NCBI GenBank assembly: GCA_001244265.2 | Contig: CDLV01000008.1 | Coordinates: forward strand, 1,240,001 to 1,304,000 | DNA length: 64,000 bases | Direction of reading: 5' to 3' | Origin: Microbotryum violaceum | Lineage: Eukaryota | Part shown: positions 25,988-38,436 of the stretch, one piece after another | How positions within the stretch are numbered: the stretch's first letter is position 1 | Layout of the letters: each line of letters begins with the position of its first letter | The notes under the pieces: generated by a model | Told to the model about the DNA's origin: nothing | What the model saw: only the letters and a program-made list of their open reading frames with translations | Databases searched by the model: none | Program-made: the position numbers and the translations under genes

Positions 25988-27012
25988 CTTTACCCTAACT
26001 ATTACTTTACCCTAACTAGTTACCCTAACTCTAGACGACTAGTGGCGAGCTACACACCGAATAAAGTCCCAAAAGACAAAACAACTCAAAGCCCCTCGGG
26101 ACAGGATCAGAAAATACGAAATAACGTTGGACCGCGCCCCGGCCACTCTAGACAGACTCTACCCTTTATAGTTACCCTAACGAGTAAAAAAAAGTGTGTT
26201 AAGGAATGTACCTAAAATCGCTGTTTTTAACTAGGTTGCGGCCCTCCGGGCCGCCTGTGGTGGATGTACCAGCATACTGTTGTATCTGCCGCACCTGCCT
26301 GTGGTGTCCATGTTCGATCAGAAGTCATGTACAAGCCCTGTGGTGACTTTTGTATTTTCCGCGCCGTTCCAACGAAGTTACAGCGCTCCCAGTATTTTCC
26401 TTCTTTTTTTCGCTCACATAAAACAATGCTTCCACTCATATTGCATTTAATGAACCGCAAGCGCGTGGCTTTGCATGATATTGCTTCTACAGCAGAGCTC
26501 TGCCTGACGTGCGAGGCGAGGCCTGGCGTTTGTCACGTGATGCGGTGCGCCGGCGGTGGAGTGTCATTCCGGCAGTCGACCAGCGGCATTAGGGGCTGAA
26601 CAACAAATCAAACCACGTAAATAATCCTGCGCCACTCCTCGAACCTTTCCTTTCTCCCTCTCACTCTCATCCAATTTTAGTGACACTCATTCAAGAACGA
26701 ACCTTCGCTACTATGCCCCGGTCCCAACGTCGCCAGGGAGGGCCATCGCAACCTCGCCAAGTCTTGGGCGCGAGGGTAGCGCCGTACCATGGGCTGCCAT
26801 GGGCCTGCTCGAGCGCCCGCTGCTGGGCGCCCCGCGGCTCGACCCTCCTCTTCGTCCCGCACCGATCAACAGAATCAGCCCCCGCGCGTCATGACAACAA
26901 TGCAACCGATCTTGGCATTGCGACACGTATACGCGCCCGCCGTGCAGCTGTGCAGAACGGACAGCGTCGTCAGCGCGATGGCCAACTCGACGCTGGGCTC
27001 GCCCACCCCCCA
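25988..27012 (+). mobile_element. Helitron 5' fragment (inverted copy of about 54140-54979)
   Basis: Near-identical to the reverse complement of the 5' part of the Helitron at 52343-54979. Homology stops at about 27005-27012. Confidence 0.85.
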
Positions 27013-30000
27013 CGTCACGTGCCCCGCAAGCCTCCACCGTTACCACCGCCGCCCCCGCCGCCGTGTCCAAGTCGATCTCCCCGGCCTCCGCCCACGACCG
27101 CACGACCAAAAAACGTCGAGTGGAACAGGATCTGGCTGCCCAGACTGAAGATCTGTCCAACAGAGCTCAGCTCGATTCTCTGTCGAAGAATGCCCGCCCC
27201 GAGTTCTCCTTCAACTTCCATTGCAAAACTGCCACTCCTCCTGCCCCCCAGCCTGCCTCCAATCAGGGAATTGCCTACTTCCTCGTTGAAAAATCCTCGG
27301 AGTCCCCCAGCTCAGAGACCACCTCTCCATCCCCAAGCCCTCCTCCGGCCACGCCAAAGTCGATCATAACTCGATCCAAGTCGATTGCCGCCCTCTCCAA
27401 GCCAGCCACTCGTGAAGCCCCTCCCACTGCGCCTGCCCTCGAAGCCTCCGAGCCGAGCCCCGAGCCGTCTTCGCCCACGCCGTTGCCCTCAGCCGCGCCC
27501 AAAGCCCGACCCGATGACGCCGACACCGACGACGAGGCCGACGAAGAAGCCGAAGACCAAGAAGCACCTCCTAAGGACGTGGAAGACGCTATGGACCTCT
27601 TTTGTTGCTGCCAACGTGCAGTCAATCAATGAAGACCGTAAGCGTGCCTCTCTTTTCTCCAGTCTCTGCTCCCATAACGCCGACGTCTTTCTCCTGAGCG
27701 AAACTGGCCGACCTTCCCCGAAAGGGTGGCCCAGTGGACTCAGGAGTGCCAAGACTTAAAGCTCTCCGCCCCTTTTCACTCCTTTCAACAACACTGCCAT
27801 ACTTTGGAAGAGCGACTCCGTGGTCATTGCTTTTGATCCCGAGTCGCCTCCAAACACTCTTCGTGCCTCTTTCTCTTTCCCGGACCGAGTCACCGACGCC
27901 ACCTTTTGTGTGGGTGATTCAAAAGTCCGGGTTGTATTAATATACGCGCCTTCCTCCGACAAGCCAGACAAAAACCGCTTCCTCTCACACCTCAGCACCG
28001 CCCTCCGACAAGTTGTACGTGACGAACCCTCGCCGCCTGCGCTCCTAGTCGGGGGGACTGGAATTGTGTTGAGTCCCAGCCCCTCGATTCGGAGAACCAA
28101 AACGGAACGAATTATGGGGGTCAGGAGATGCGCGACCTTGCCACGGCCAACAATCTTTTCGACGCCTATCGGCTCCATCATCCCAAAGGACGAGCCACGA
28201 CGAATCGCTCAGCGCCCGGCACGTGCCGTCGCCTTGACCGCATCTATGTCTCGCCTGATTGGGTCGACCTCTTCCATGATCACAAAATTTGGGCTCCTGT
28301 CCTCAAATCGACGCACTCAATGGTTGTGGCACGGTTCCAAGTGCCGGGCGCAATCGACATCGGTCCGGGCAAATTCAAGCTGGGTTTGCACGTGATCGAG
28401 GGCGACGCGACCTGCGAGTACCTCACCTCCATTGCGCACCCTTTACAACAAAGCCTTCCTCCAGACGCCCAACGATCCACCAGCAGCTTGGACGTCCACC
28501 AAACACCGCCTGCTGCCCGAGCTGCAGGCTCTGGCCCGGACTTTCGCTCGGCGCGGCCCTGCGGTCCCGCCTCGACCCATCTCTGGCGGGTCCCTCTTCC
28601 ATCTTCATCCGCCTGCGCAAAGTGCGAGCATCCGACCTGATCCCTTCGCTCACGGTCAACGATGTTGTTCATTCCGACCCTGATTCGATGCTTGGAGCGG
28701 CCAGCGACTACTTCGAGCGGGTCTATGAGGACCGCCCCATCGATGACGCGGCCCTGAAGGCGATCATCGACGGCCTCGCTTCAACGCCTCTCCCCGCGGA
28801 CTCACTCAAGCTCGAGGAAGCGTACCCGTTGGAGGAGATGACAAAGGCTCAAGCGGCGTGTAAGTCGAACTCTTCGCCAGGGCCTGACGGCCTCCCGGTT
28901 GAGTTTTATCGCGCTACGTGGCCGGCCACTGGCCTGATTCTTCGAGACGTCATCAACTCGATCCCCACCGAGGCCCGTCAGCCTGGACCTCTTCCCCGCA
29001 ACACCGCCCACATCCATCTCATCCACAAACGCGGCGAGAGGGATCAGCTTTCGAACAAACGCCCCATATCGCTCATCAATGCGGACGAGCGCATCATCTC
29101 GCAAGCCCACAACCAGCGCCTCGCTCCCTTGCTCGAGTCCCTGATCGGCCCAACCCAACGTGGCTTTGTTCCGAACCGTTGGATCGGCACGAACATCGCT
29201 GAGGTCCAATGTCTCATGGACCCTGGACTTCCGGGCTCAACACCCGTGTCTGGCATGCTAGCGGTGATGGACTTTGAAAAGGCTTACGATCGTCTTTCCC
29301 ACCCGTACCTTGATGCAGTCCTCTGCGCCGTTGGCCTCGGCCCCAAAGCCCGCCAATGGTACCGAGCGACCTACACCAACCAATCTGCCTCGATCTTCCT
29401 CAACGGTTGGCTCTCTGCCACTTTCGACATCCTGTCGGGCGTTCGGCAAGGTGATCCTTTGGCTCCGTCTCTCTTCGTCCTGGCGATCGAAGGTTTTGCC
29501 TGTCAGATTCGATTGAGAGTCAAGGGCATCGATATTGCGGGCCTCCAAAACGTTGGCGAACTCCTTTTTGCCGACGACGCTTGCTGCGCACTCCACAACC
29601 TCTCGGACCTCGACCACCTCAATCGGGCGATCGAGCTTTACGAACGGGCAAGTGCCAGCAAGCTCAGCAACGTCAAATCTTTCCTCTACCCCCTTGGAGC
29701 TTTTCGGGATCGGTCGATCGCCCCAGATCTCGGGACCTGGCGTCTCAGCGATTCGCACTTTCGCTACCTTGGTATTCAGGTCGGGGTGGAGATCGCCGAG
29801 GATGCGGGCTGGAAGGATGTCAAGGCCTTGACCATCGCTCGGATACGCTCGATTCCGATGTACGATCTCCCATATGCAGCCAAGTGTTCGATCATCAACA
29901 TCTACTGCTACACAAAGATCTTGTACTACAGTCGATTCCTTCCCGCCCCCAAGAGCGTTGTCAAGGAGATCGAGGAGGCCGCCATGCTCGCCATTCATGG

Positions 30001-31256
30001 TCGAGCTTCGGATGGTACTCAGCGACGTCCGAAGGTCTCCCGGTCGCGCCTCTGCACCCCTCTTGATCACGGCGGCTTCGGTTTGATTGATCTGCCTCGG
30101 CGTCTAGCAATTGATCACGCGAAGTGGGTCTTCCAGCTCCGGGCCCCGGACGGCTGCTTCACACGCCACCTCTTCGACATCCGCATCCGCCTCCAGGCAC
30201 CAAACGAACCAACCCCTTTCACCTTGTCCAGACCGGCCCCCAACCAGCATCGTTGCCCTTGGATTTGGATCTGGTGGGCTTACTTTTGCCATCCTCCCCA
30301 AAGTGGGACCATGCGGTGAGAAAAACGACAAAACTTCTTCCTGCTCGTTGGGTCCGATACTTCGAAGCCTGGGCGTTGGTGACCACGCTCAATCCCCCGG
30401 AACTCTCCAAGAGCCAGAACCTCGAGCAATGGGCGACGCACGTACTCTATTTCCCAGCGGGCCACGGAATACAACTCTCGGTAAACCCGACGCTTTTTCG
30501 AGGGCCCGATGGCGAGGTGATGACCCCGTCTTCGTTTGTGAACGCGTCCAAACGCCACCAAGTCTTCATCTTCCCCCTTATCTTCCCCAAGGGACACCAG
30601 AAGGTATTCGATCTGCCTGAGCAACGCTGGAACGCTTGGTGGAAGGCTTTGCGCAAGGTTCGCCGGGTTCACTCGGACGCCGAGGATACCGGCCACCTTC
30701 TCTCCCTGGGGTCCCTCCATCCGGGAAGCCAAGTCGCCTCCCCAACCAGCCCACACCCCAACAATCGATCTACCTCCTGTGTGATGTGCCTCTCGGAAGC
30801 ACCCGAGTGCCTGGTTCACCTCGCGGTCGGCTGCCCATTTGCCCGGCGCCTCTGGTCTGCTCTGTCCCCGACCCCCACCCAGTCTTTGTGGACTTTGTAT
30901 GCCCGGTCGTGTCTCGCTCGGAACTTCGACTTGTCGAACTACGAGTCCTCTTCTTTCACTCGATCTGGAAGCTCTGTCGCCGTCGTCGATTCTCGTCGGA
31001 TCTTTTGGAACCGATCACCGAAACGGAGTTCGAGGGGCTTCGAGCCTCTATCCAGGAGTCCAAGGGTCGCCTGGTGTCTCTGTAAGACACCAAAGGGGGT
31101 TTAAGTGGGTATGGTTGATCCTGGTTCAGGGTTAATGAGTCCTACACTACTGGCTTCTGCCAGTGTGCGTAACAGCATTCCCTCCGACTTTTCCGAAGAT
31201 TTCTAGGTATTAATATAATATGCTGTTAATGAAGTCTATCAAATAAATAAATAAAA
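27013..31256 (+). mobile_element. 5'-truncated, frameshifted L1/Tx1-type non-LTR retrotransposon
   Basis: APE endonuclease motifs ANVQSIN, LLSET, IYAP, GDWN and RLDRIY. RT motifs SPGPDG, RPISL, DFEKAYD, GVRQGDPL, FADD, YLGI and GGFGL. C-terminal CxxC...HxxxxC zinc knuckle and a (TAAA)n tail at 31241-31256. Confidence 0.93.
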
Positions 31257-31383
31257 CAATCGCCCGCAGAGCTGTCTCTTCAAGCCTCCCCCCGCTCAGC
31301 GCCAAATCAGACCCGCCTCAGTTCTAAGACGAGCACCAACTATTGTAACACACAGTAATACGTTCTCGGATTTGCATCAGACA

Positions 31384-34300
31384 ATGGGCAGGCATAAATG
31401 GAATCGCTTCAAGTTCCGACCTGACTACTTCGAGGGACATCCTGACTATAAGCCCCGACGCCTCCGTTCGGACCCTCAACTCCGCACCAACATCCCCGGA
31501 ACCCGGCACATGGTTACGTACACTGCGCGTCAAATTCAGCAAAGAACCTTCAATGAACATGCTCGTGGCGAAGCTAGCTCGCCGTCTCCTCGGCCTCCAA
31601 TGGCCCCTCCGATTCAGGCCGATTTCGACGAAGCCGCCAACCCGAGTGGGATGGATTGGGATGATGAACGTCACAGCGAGTACGGTGGTGGCTATGAACG
31701 CGACTTTAGTCCGGCCCCATACTTTCCGGATCGAACATCCCATATACCAATCGCGCCTGACTATAGTGCAACCGCCGAGCGATTATCACTGGCTGATCTG
31801 CGCCAAGTCGAAAGTTTCGAACCAGCCACACGTGGTCAGTCGAAGCAAGAAACGTACAAGCAGTTCGTGTTCAACGACTCTCGTCTTAGGCGCTTGGAAC
31901 GGCCAGCGCTTCTGCGCCAGTATATCGCGTTTTGCGCTGGGGTCAAAGGTCATCTACGGCCCTTGATTGACGTGGACGAGGAGCTGTGCCAGGGTTCGGT
32001 CGCTAGCGAAGTGCCGCCGCCTTGTTCATGCGAGAGCCCCCTCACATTACTGCTTGACGTGTACGACCTCATAAGCTGTATGTGAATAAAGCAAGTTGGG
32101 TCACTGTGTCGAATAACGCGCTGACAAGGTCGAATCGATGCAGTGGTCGAGGTAACGATCGCTTTTTGTCCGAGATCCAGCAGCGATAGCCCATGCCTTA
32201 CGTACGCCGAGCGCCTTGCTCAGATCGGATTGATCGGATCGACCGCAGCTGCTCCTCGCTCTGCCTTCACCTTTCGACTTGTACAATTCCTCGACTCCTG
32301 GTGGAGCACCGCGCCGTTTCCTGTTGATGGAGCAGCTCGCGGGCTCGACATTTTCTATGAGCAAACTGGATGGGGTCGGCCGGGCCTGAGTCAGCATAAA
32401 TTCGTGAGCTCGACCCCCTGTCATGGTTGCTATTGATCATTATCTGATATTTATCATCGTTCGCGCAGGACAAGGAGCTGCGAAAGCAACTCCAGCGCGC
32501 CCTTGACGAATTTCGGGCTCTCACGACATCCGAGCGAGAATTGGGCGACCTCGTCCTCGGTGTCGCGGGTTCTCTCTCGGATAAGTGTCCAGCATGCTAC
32601 GGATCGACGCGTCTAAATCAAGCCCACCATAGAGTCGAAGTGCAGCATCTTGTCGCTCTGGATGGCAACTTCCAACATTCTCGCGACACCTCAGCCAAAT
32701 ACGATTTTCAGGAGTCGACGCCAGCCCTCTTCATCGGCGAAGGCGAGCTCGAATCGATGAAGGAGATCTGTGATGGTGGCGACAGCAAGAAGTCAGAAAA
32801 GGTCGGCTGATCCGAGCCGCCCCCTGCGATCCTTTCAACGCGCTGACGCCCTTCCTCTCGCGTCTTGAAGGCCTGTGCCGATTCGTGGAAAGCGGCCAAC
32901 GGCGGTGCGACACAAATCTCGCGGGGCAAGTCCGATACGGGCCTAGTTGCCTGTATTTGCCGTCACGATATCGCGTTGAAGATGGTCAATTTGTATCAAT
33001 CAGGCGAAAAGTTCGTCAGCTCAGCTCCTCTTTCAACCGCTTACAAAGCCTGACGCTCGATTTTGATGAGGCAGGCGCTACTACGGCTTATCGCTGCTGC
33101 AACATATTTCGAACCAACTCCCTTCCAACGATACACTCGGAGTGCTGTATGATGTTGCGTGTAATTTGGACGGCTACATGCAATCGGTCAGCAAGAGTGG
33201 CGGATCCGTCGTTTCTCAGATTTCTGGCCCTGGGGCGCCGCTGACCTGTACTGTACTTCGATCGCCTGCAGAGAAGTATCCTTCCCGATCTGTTTCCGAG
33301 ATTGAAGTTTGCCACGAGCGTGTTTCATGCTTTTGCTCATCAATGGCCCTGCCAGCTTGAGTACAACCCGCGCCTGATTCAGCACTTTGGGTTGACGGAT
33401 GGGGAGGGATGCGAACGCGTTTGGAGTCAGCTCCGATCGCTCATCCCGATCAATCGTCCTGCGAGCGCTTCTCACCGGCGCGTCAACATCTCGCGTCGCA
33501 TCGACCTGATGAACAAGAACGGTGTTGACAGCCTCGGTATGCTCTGCCATCCACACTTTCACGCCGTGTTCGTTACTTAATTGTGCGGTCCCTTCATTCA
33601 TCGTCCATTCTAGGCCGTTGGCTCCGCAGACGACTGTCGAATGCTCAAGATCAGCTTGGAAGGGCACAAACTGATCTGAGTGACGTTTCGGCAATATGGT
33701 CCGAGTCTGACCTTCTCGCGCAATGGGATTTACAACGAGCTGCTCAAGCGGCCACAACGGCGGGTCAACGTCGGGAGAACGAGGACAAGGAGCGATTAGA
33801 GCTGTTCAACATTGTACAGAGGCTACACCACGTGGAAGAAAGGCTGTATGTTCGGCGCGTCAAACCCCATTGGAGGACGAGGGCGTAAAATTGACACTGT
33901 GTGTTGGCATTGTGTGTTCAGATTCGATCCAATGGCTTCCGATGAAGCGAAGGCTCGCTTGCAGCAACAGCTAAGAGCTTACCAACAAGAATACGATCGC
34001 ACGAAGGAGCTTGCAGCTTCAGGTGCGGCGCGCGTCCTATCTTTATGAGTATCGCCACCTGATGTTTGATGTCCCATGACATACTTAGATTTTCAGCATT
34101 TGTGCAACTGCGTAGTCAAACTTCGCGCATTACACAAAGCGACGGTCCAATTGCAATGCTGTCAAGAACGAATTGACTCAATGGGTCGGGGACGAAGCGG
34201 CGCGACAATCGGTCAAGTCGAAGCCAGCAAGCTTGTCAGCGTCTCACAGACGCACAGCAAGAAAGTAAAAGTGACAATCGCTATGTACAACAAAGCGGTC

Positions 34301-35328
34301 GGCGATTACCGAAATGCTGCGACCGAGCAATCGGCCCAGATTCTGGACAACTTACCGCTCGCTACCACAATTAAGTCGCTTGTGACTCTGTCGCCAACGG
34401 ACGCTTTCTGGCAAGACGGTTTTTTCGTACACGACACTGCGCCTTGGGCGATTGATACCGATGTTCAGAAAGGGATCAAGGCGGTTTTACTCAAAGCCAG
34501 GGCGGAAGAAGAGATTCTCCGGATCGGAGCTGAGGTTCGACAACTACTTGCGTAGCTCGAAGATGAGGACACTCGCTTTGTTAGGGTATCTTAGGCATGG
34601 GCAGAGGACCGAGGTGAGATGGACACACCCTTTCTTTGTGTTGGTGCTGTACCTTACGTCGCCCCTTCTATTAGTTCCCGAAGAAACGATCGAAGCGGCT
34701 AAGAAACTTCTCGGAACTGACGGCGCGGGCGAGGTTGGCACTGCGGTGTGGCATGTGCTTCAACGCCGGCAGATTTCGTTCAAAGAGCGTCTGGATCGGC
34801 TCGCCGAACACGATGATCTCTCGGTTGTCTGGCTTAGAACGCGTTCACCCGCAGTTCATGAATCGCGGCCCTCGGCATTTGGTTTGATCGGGGGCTTTTC
34901 GCCGGACGGGCGAGACAGGTGTCGCGCCGTTCGCGCGATAGTCCACGTCATTTCGGTCGCCGCCTTTCGACGCTAAATAATACTCAAATGCAGAGCCCAT
35001 CGCTGAGTCGAGCCGCAGCTTATCAGGCCCTTCTGCCGTGGACGTGCGCCACACACCCATCTCTGCCGTGGACGTGCGCCACACACCCATCGACCTCGAC
35101 GCATTCCGAAGGGAACTTGGCCTGACCCCCGATCCAGCCGCGGAGCAGGCCGAGCGAGACCGTGATGACGTGTATGAAAGACGAATGGAAGAACTTTTGG
35201 GTTTACTATCGGAGCAGGAGGTCGAGGAAGAAGATGATGCTGAGCTTGGGGAGGGCGGCGGAGAGTCAGGCTCGACAAGGGGTGAAGACTCGGACGACCT
35301 CGAGATTCTCGACGAGCCCATGGGCTAG
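31384..35328 (+). pseudogene. Kyakuja-type KDZ transposase with a CxC1-like cysteine cluster, inactivated by premature stops
   Basis: Motifs CPAC, ALDGNFQH, DTGLVACICRHD, SGEK, LYDVAC, VFHAFAHQWPCQ and GLTDGEGCERVWS. Frame-preserving GT-AG introns. In-frame TAG at 34553-34555 and 34592-34594. Confidence 0.9.
35032..35091. repeat. Perfect 30-bp tandem duplication in the KDZ 3' coding region
   Basis: tctgccgtggacgtgcgccacacacccatc x2 (SAVDVRHTPI x2). Confidence 0.95.
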
Positions 35329-35859
35329 CTAGGGATGGTTTGGCGCATTTGTTGACTGTAGATTATTTGTTATTGAAGGACTTTGCTTTTTGTATGCGGC
35401 CCATATCACACATGGTAGAATGTGGACGCTAGTGCACAAAAGTAAAATGGATGTCAGCCTTAATGAGGCGTTGACGCGTTGACGACCACGATCCCACGAG
35501 CCGGTCGCCACGGCCACACTCACCGAACTGCAGCAGTACGTGACAAGCTTGAAGGTTCTGCTAAGTTGAAAACTAAAAATTGGTGCGCATCGGTGCTGAC
35601 ATTTGCAGGTTCAGGTTTGGGAACGTTGCCAGAGGGGGCGGGGGCGGTGAGGATTGGTGTTGCTGTAGTTGTTCTGTTCCAACAGCACCCCGAAGTGGGT
35701 CCAGACGCGTCCAACGGCGCTCCGTTGTACAGTGCTTGCGATAATATGTCAGCAAAAATCAATGAAATACGTCACCGCATACCTACCCCGTTAACGTGAT
35801 AGTTTATGTAGTCGAGTGAGCAGGGATATTGGTTCATCGGCCAAGGACCTTGTAGGGGC

Positions 35860-36691
35860 TGTGTACTCCCGGGGTACACATACACAGAGTCGGCGCGCGA
35901 CAAGAGTGTAACCCCGGGGGACCCGGCCTGTGCCGTCGACAAAGCTGTGTACTCCCGGGGGTACACAGTCATTCGGCGCGCAGGGTGTGATCACTCCCGG
36001 GGTACACAAGGCGCAAGCGGGGTCCCCCCGGGAGTACACAGGCGCTTTCCCGCTTGCGCCTTGTGTACCCCCGGGGGTGCCAAGCCGGTCACCGGTGGCA
36101 GATCACTGTATAATAACATGTCCGATTCTACAACGGCAGGCCGTTAAGCCTTTCGGTAAATTCAGACACATCCTGGGCTTTGAGCGGGAGCGTGGAAGTT
36201 TGTTGTAGTGCAGTTTCGCTCTGCTCGGTAGTTCGAACGGAGATTCAGTTAGGGAGTGCGTTGGCCTTGCGGGCTTTTCAGAGTGCAAGTCGGATGTAGC
36301 AAACGAATCTTTCGTCGGTCTTGTCGCAGGAGGGTATCCCGTTCAGTAACTTCAGACACATCTTGAGCTTCGATTGGGTGCGTGGAAGATTGTTCTAGTG
36401 CAGTTTCGCTCTGCTCGGTGGTTCGAACGGAGATTCGGTTAGAGAAGTGCATGGGCCTTGCGGGCTTTTCAGAGTGCAAGTCGGATGTAGCAAACGAATA
36501 TTTCGTCGGTTTCGTCGCAGGAGGGTGTTCCATTCAGTAACTGCAGACACATACTGCTCTGAACGGGTGCGTGGAAGTTTGTTGTAGTGCAGTCAGCAAG
36601 GACGTCGGCGACGGACCGCGCCTGAGCCGTGGAACCCCGGGAGTACACAGCTGGAGAGGGCACCGGTCATGTGTACCTCCGGGGGTACACA
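35860..36691. repeat. Array of eight near-palindromic TGTGTACYCCCGGGRGTACACA motifs
   Basis: Full or half copies at 35860, 35906, 35945, 35992, 36021, 36061, 36631 and 36670. Confidence 0.9.
36152..36593. repeat. 190/191-bp tandem repeat, ~2.3 copies
   Basis: ttcagacaca or tgcagacaca recurs at 36161, 36351 and 36542, and the units align along their length. Confidence 0.93.
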
Positions 36692-36989
36692 CCGCCACGC
36701 CGGTTGTACAGTGCTTGTTAAGAGTGTCCTAGAATTGATGAAGCATGTCGTCGCATACCGCTTCCTCGTTTCCGAAGGCGCAGGACTCTGTTGTAGTGTA
36801 TCTACGCACTGCCCTAAGGTTTAAGATTGAACTAGAATTTCCGCCTTCGGAGTGCGTTGTACCTCGGAGTGAATCATGATTGCAGAGCAAGATCTCCATT
36901 AACACAACATACAAGCTAGACAGCTACACACGCTCACGGAAAACTCGGGATGGTCATCGCCTAACCGGTGAATTGACACGCATGGTGCC

Positions 36990-38436
36990 TCATGTCCCAG
37001 TATCCAGGCCGCGCTCCAGCTCGCTCAGACTGGTCAGCTTGGAGAGGGTGGAGAGGTTGCTTTCGGCCTCCGAACCGGCTGCCGATCCGTGGTCGGAAGG
37101 TTGGCCGGTCGCCGAACTGTGTTCCGATATCGCGTCCTCCTCTCGTGCCCCCGAGGTCGACGCGGCGCCCTCTCCGCCGGACCCCTTCTTGCGCATCCAA
37201 CAATACGCGTCCCTCTGTTTGCTCGACAGCGCCAACCACATGTGGGCACACTCAACAATCCAGGAGTCCCAGATCTTCTTCCTTTCGGGCTCGAGGTCCG
37301 CATCGGTGGGCGGCTTGGGAGGTTCGGGAACGTGGACGAGCACCGTCGTTGCAAATGGTCTGAGCGCTGCTTGCCAGGTGCGATGTTCGCTTTCTAACTG
37401 ATCCCAGTAATCGTCCGGGACACGTTTCCCGAGAAAAGGGCGGTACACCTTTCGGATCCATCTTAAAAGGCGGTCACTCCCCCTCCTGGTCCTCGTCGGT
37501 CCTTACATCGTCCTCAGGGAGGGGGCGTTGGCACTCTTGGTACAGGGGTGAAAGGATTTCACTGAATAGGCGCAATTCCTCATGTTCGGCGGCAATGTCG
37601 ACGGGGACGGTGAAGATGCGCGCGAGGATATCGTCGAAGTCTTGGATGCGGGTCCTATACTCCTTCAAAACTCTCGCACTCCCTCCACCTCTCTTTCGCT
37701 TCTGGTTATCGTATGCATCGAACAACACGTTCCTCCAATGGATGAGCACGGTCAACAGGCTCTGAGGCAGACGTCCATTCCCTTTGTACCCTGCCCATTC
37801 ATCCCAAACAGGCCACATGACGTAGTCGATCTCCTCCCGGACCTCATAGTCAAAATTTTCGACGTCCTCGGGATTGGGTCTTGAGTCATGATGTCTTTGG
37901 GTTCCATCACCAGCCGACGCGCCCTTTCCGCCGCCCACTCGTCGCGCCTCGCACGGTCCGCTTTCCCCGGCGCCTCCAACATGTCAAGCTTGGCCTGCAG
38001 CTGCCGGCGGTATCTTTTCTTTAGGTGGCCAAAACCCTAATCAGATCAGATAAGTACATCAACAAAGGGTTAGCCGAACTCCACATAGTTTGTTTCTGAT
38101 CTCCTGGGAAAGCTGTCTAGCACTCACTGCTTGGACCTCACGGTCGGTACCGATCAGCTCAAACGCCGCCTCGTTACATCTGTACCGACTGTCGACCGTA
38201 GACGAATTGAACGCGCGCTTGTGTATACGTTTTTTTATTTATTTTAGGTTTCGTTTGGCCCCATATGCATGTTCCGGTGCTACAGTTGGTCCGTCGAGTG
38301 ACCTGTACCCTCCAAGCAGCTTGTAGTATTTGTTGCAAAGTTCACAACGGACACGCCATTGGCCGGACTCGTCACGGATGAGATGCGAGTCGATGTCGAG
38401 CCAGGCGCGCTCGCCCTCGGTGGCGCGTGGTGCCAT
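36990..38436 (-). pseudogene. Frameshifted gene with an N-terminal CxxC zinc-finger-like motif and a C-terminal HMG-like helix motif
   Basis: MAPRATEGERAW...WRVRCELCNKYY. Successive overlapping minus-strand ORFs (38239-38526, 37752-37982, 37474-37938, 36990-37448). Contains MWLALSSKQRDAY. Confidence 0.5.

Noticed and set aside
36220-36440. GGTTCGAA B-box-like motif suggesting a tRNA or SINE in the 190-bp repeat
   Set aside because: No cloverleaf, A-box or proper T-arm stem could be built.
35860-36691. CRISPR interpretation of the palindromic array
   Set aside because: The context is eukaryotic with no cas genes. The repeats are degenerate and occur in both orientations, and the spacers are partly related to each other.
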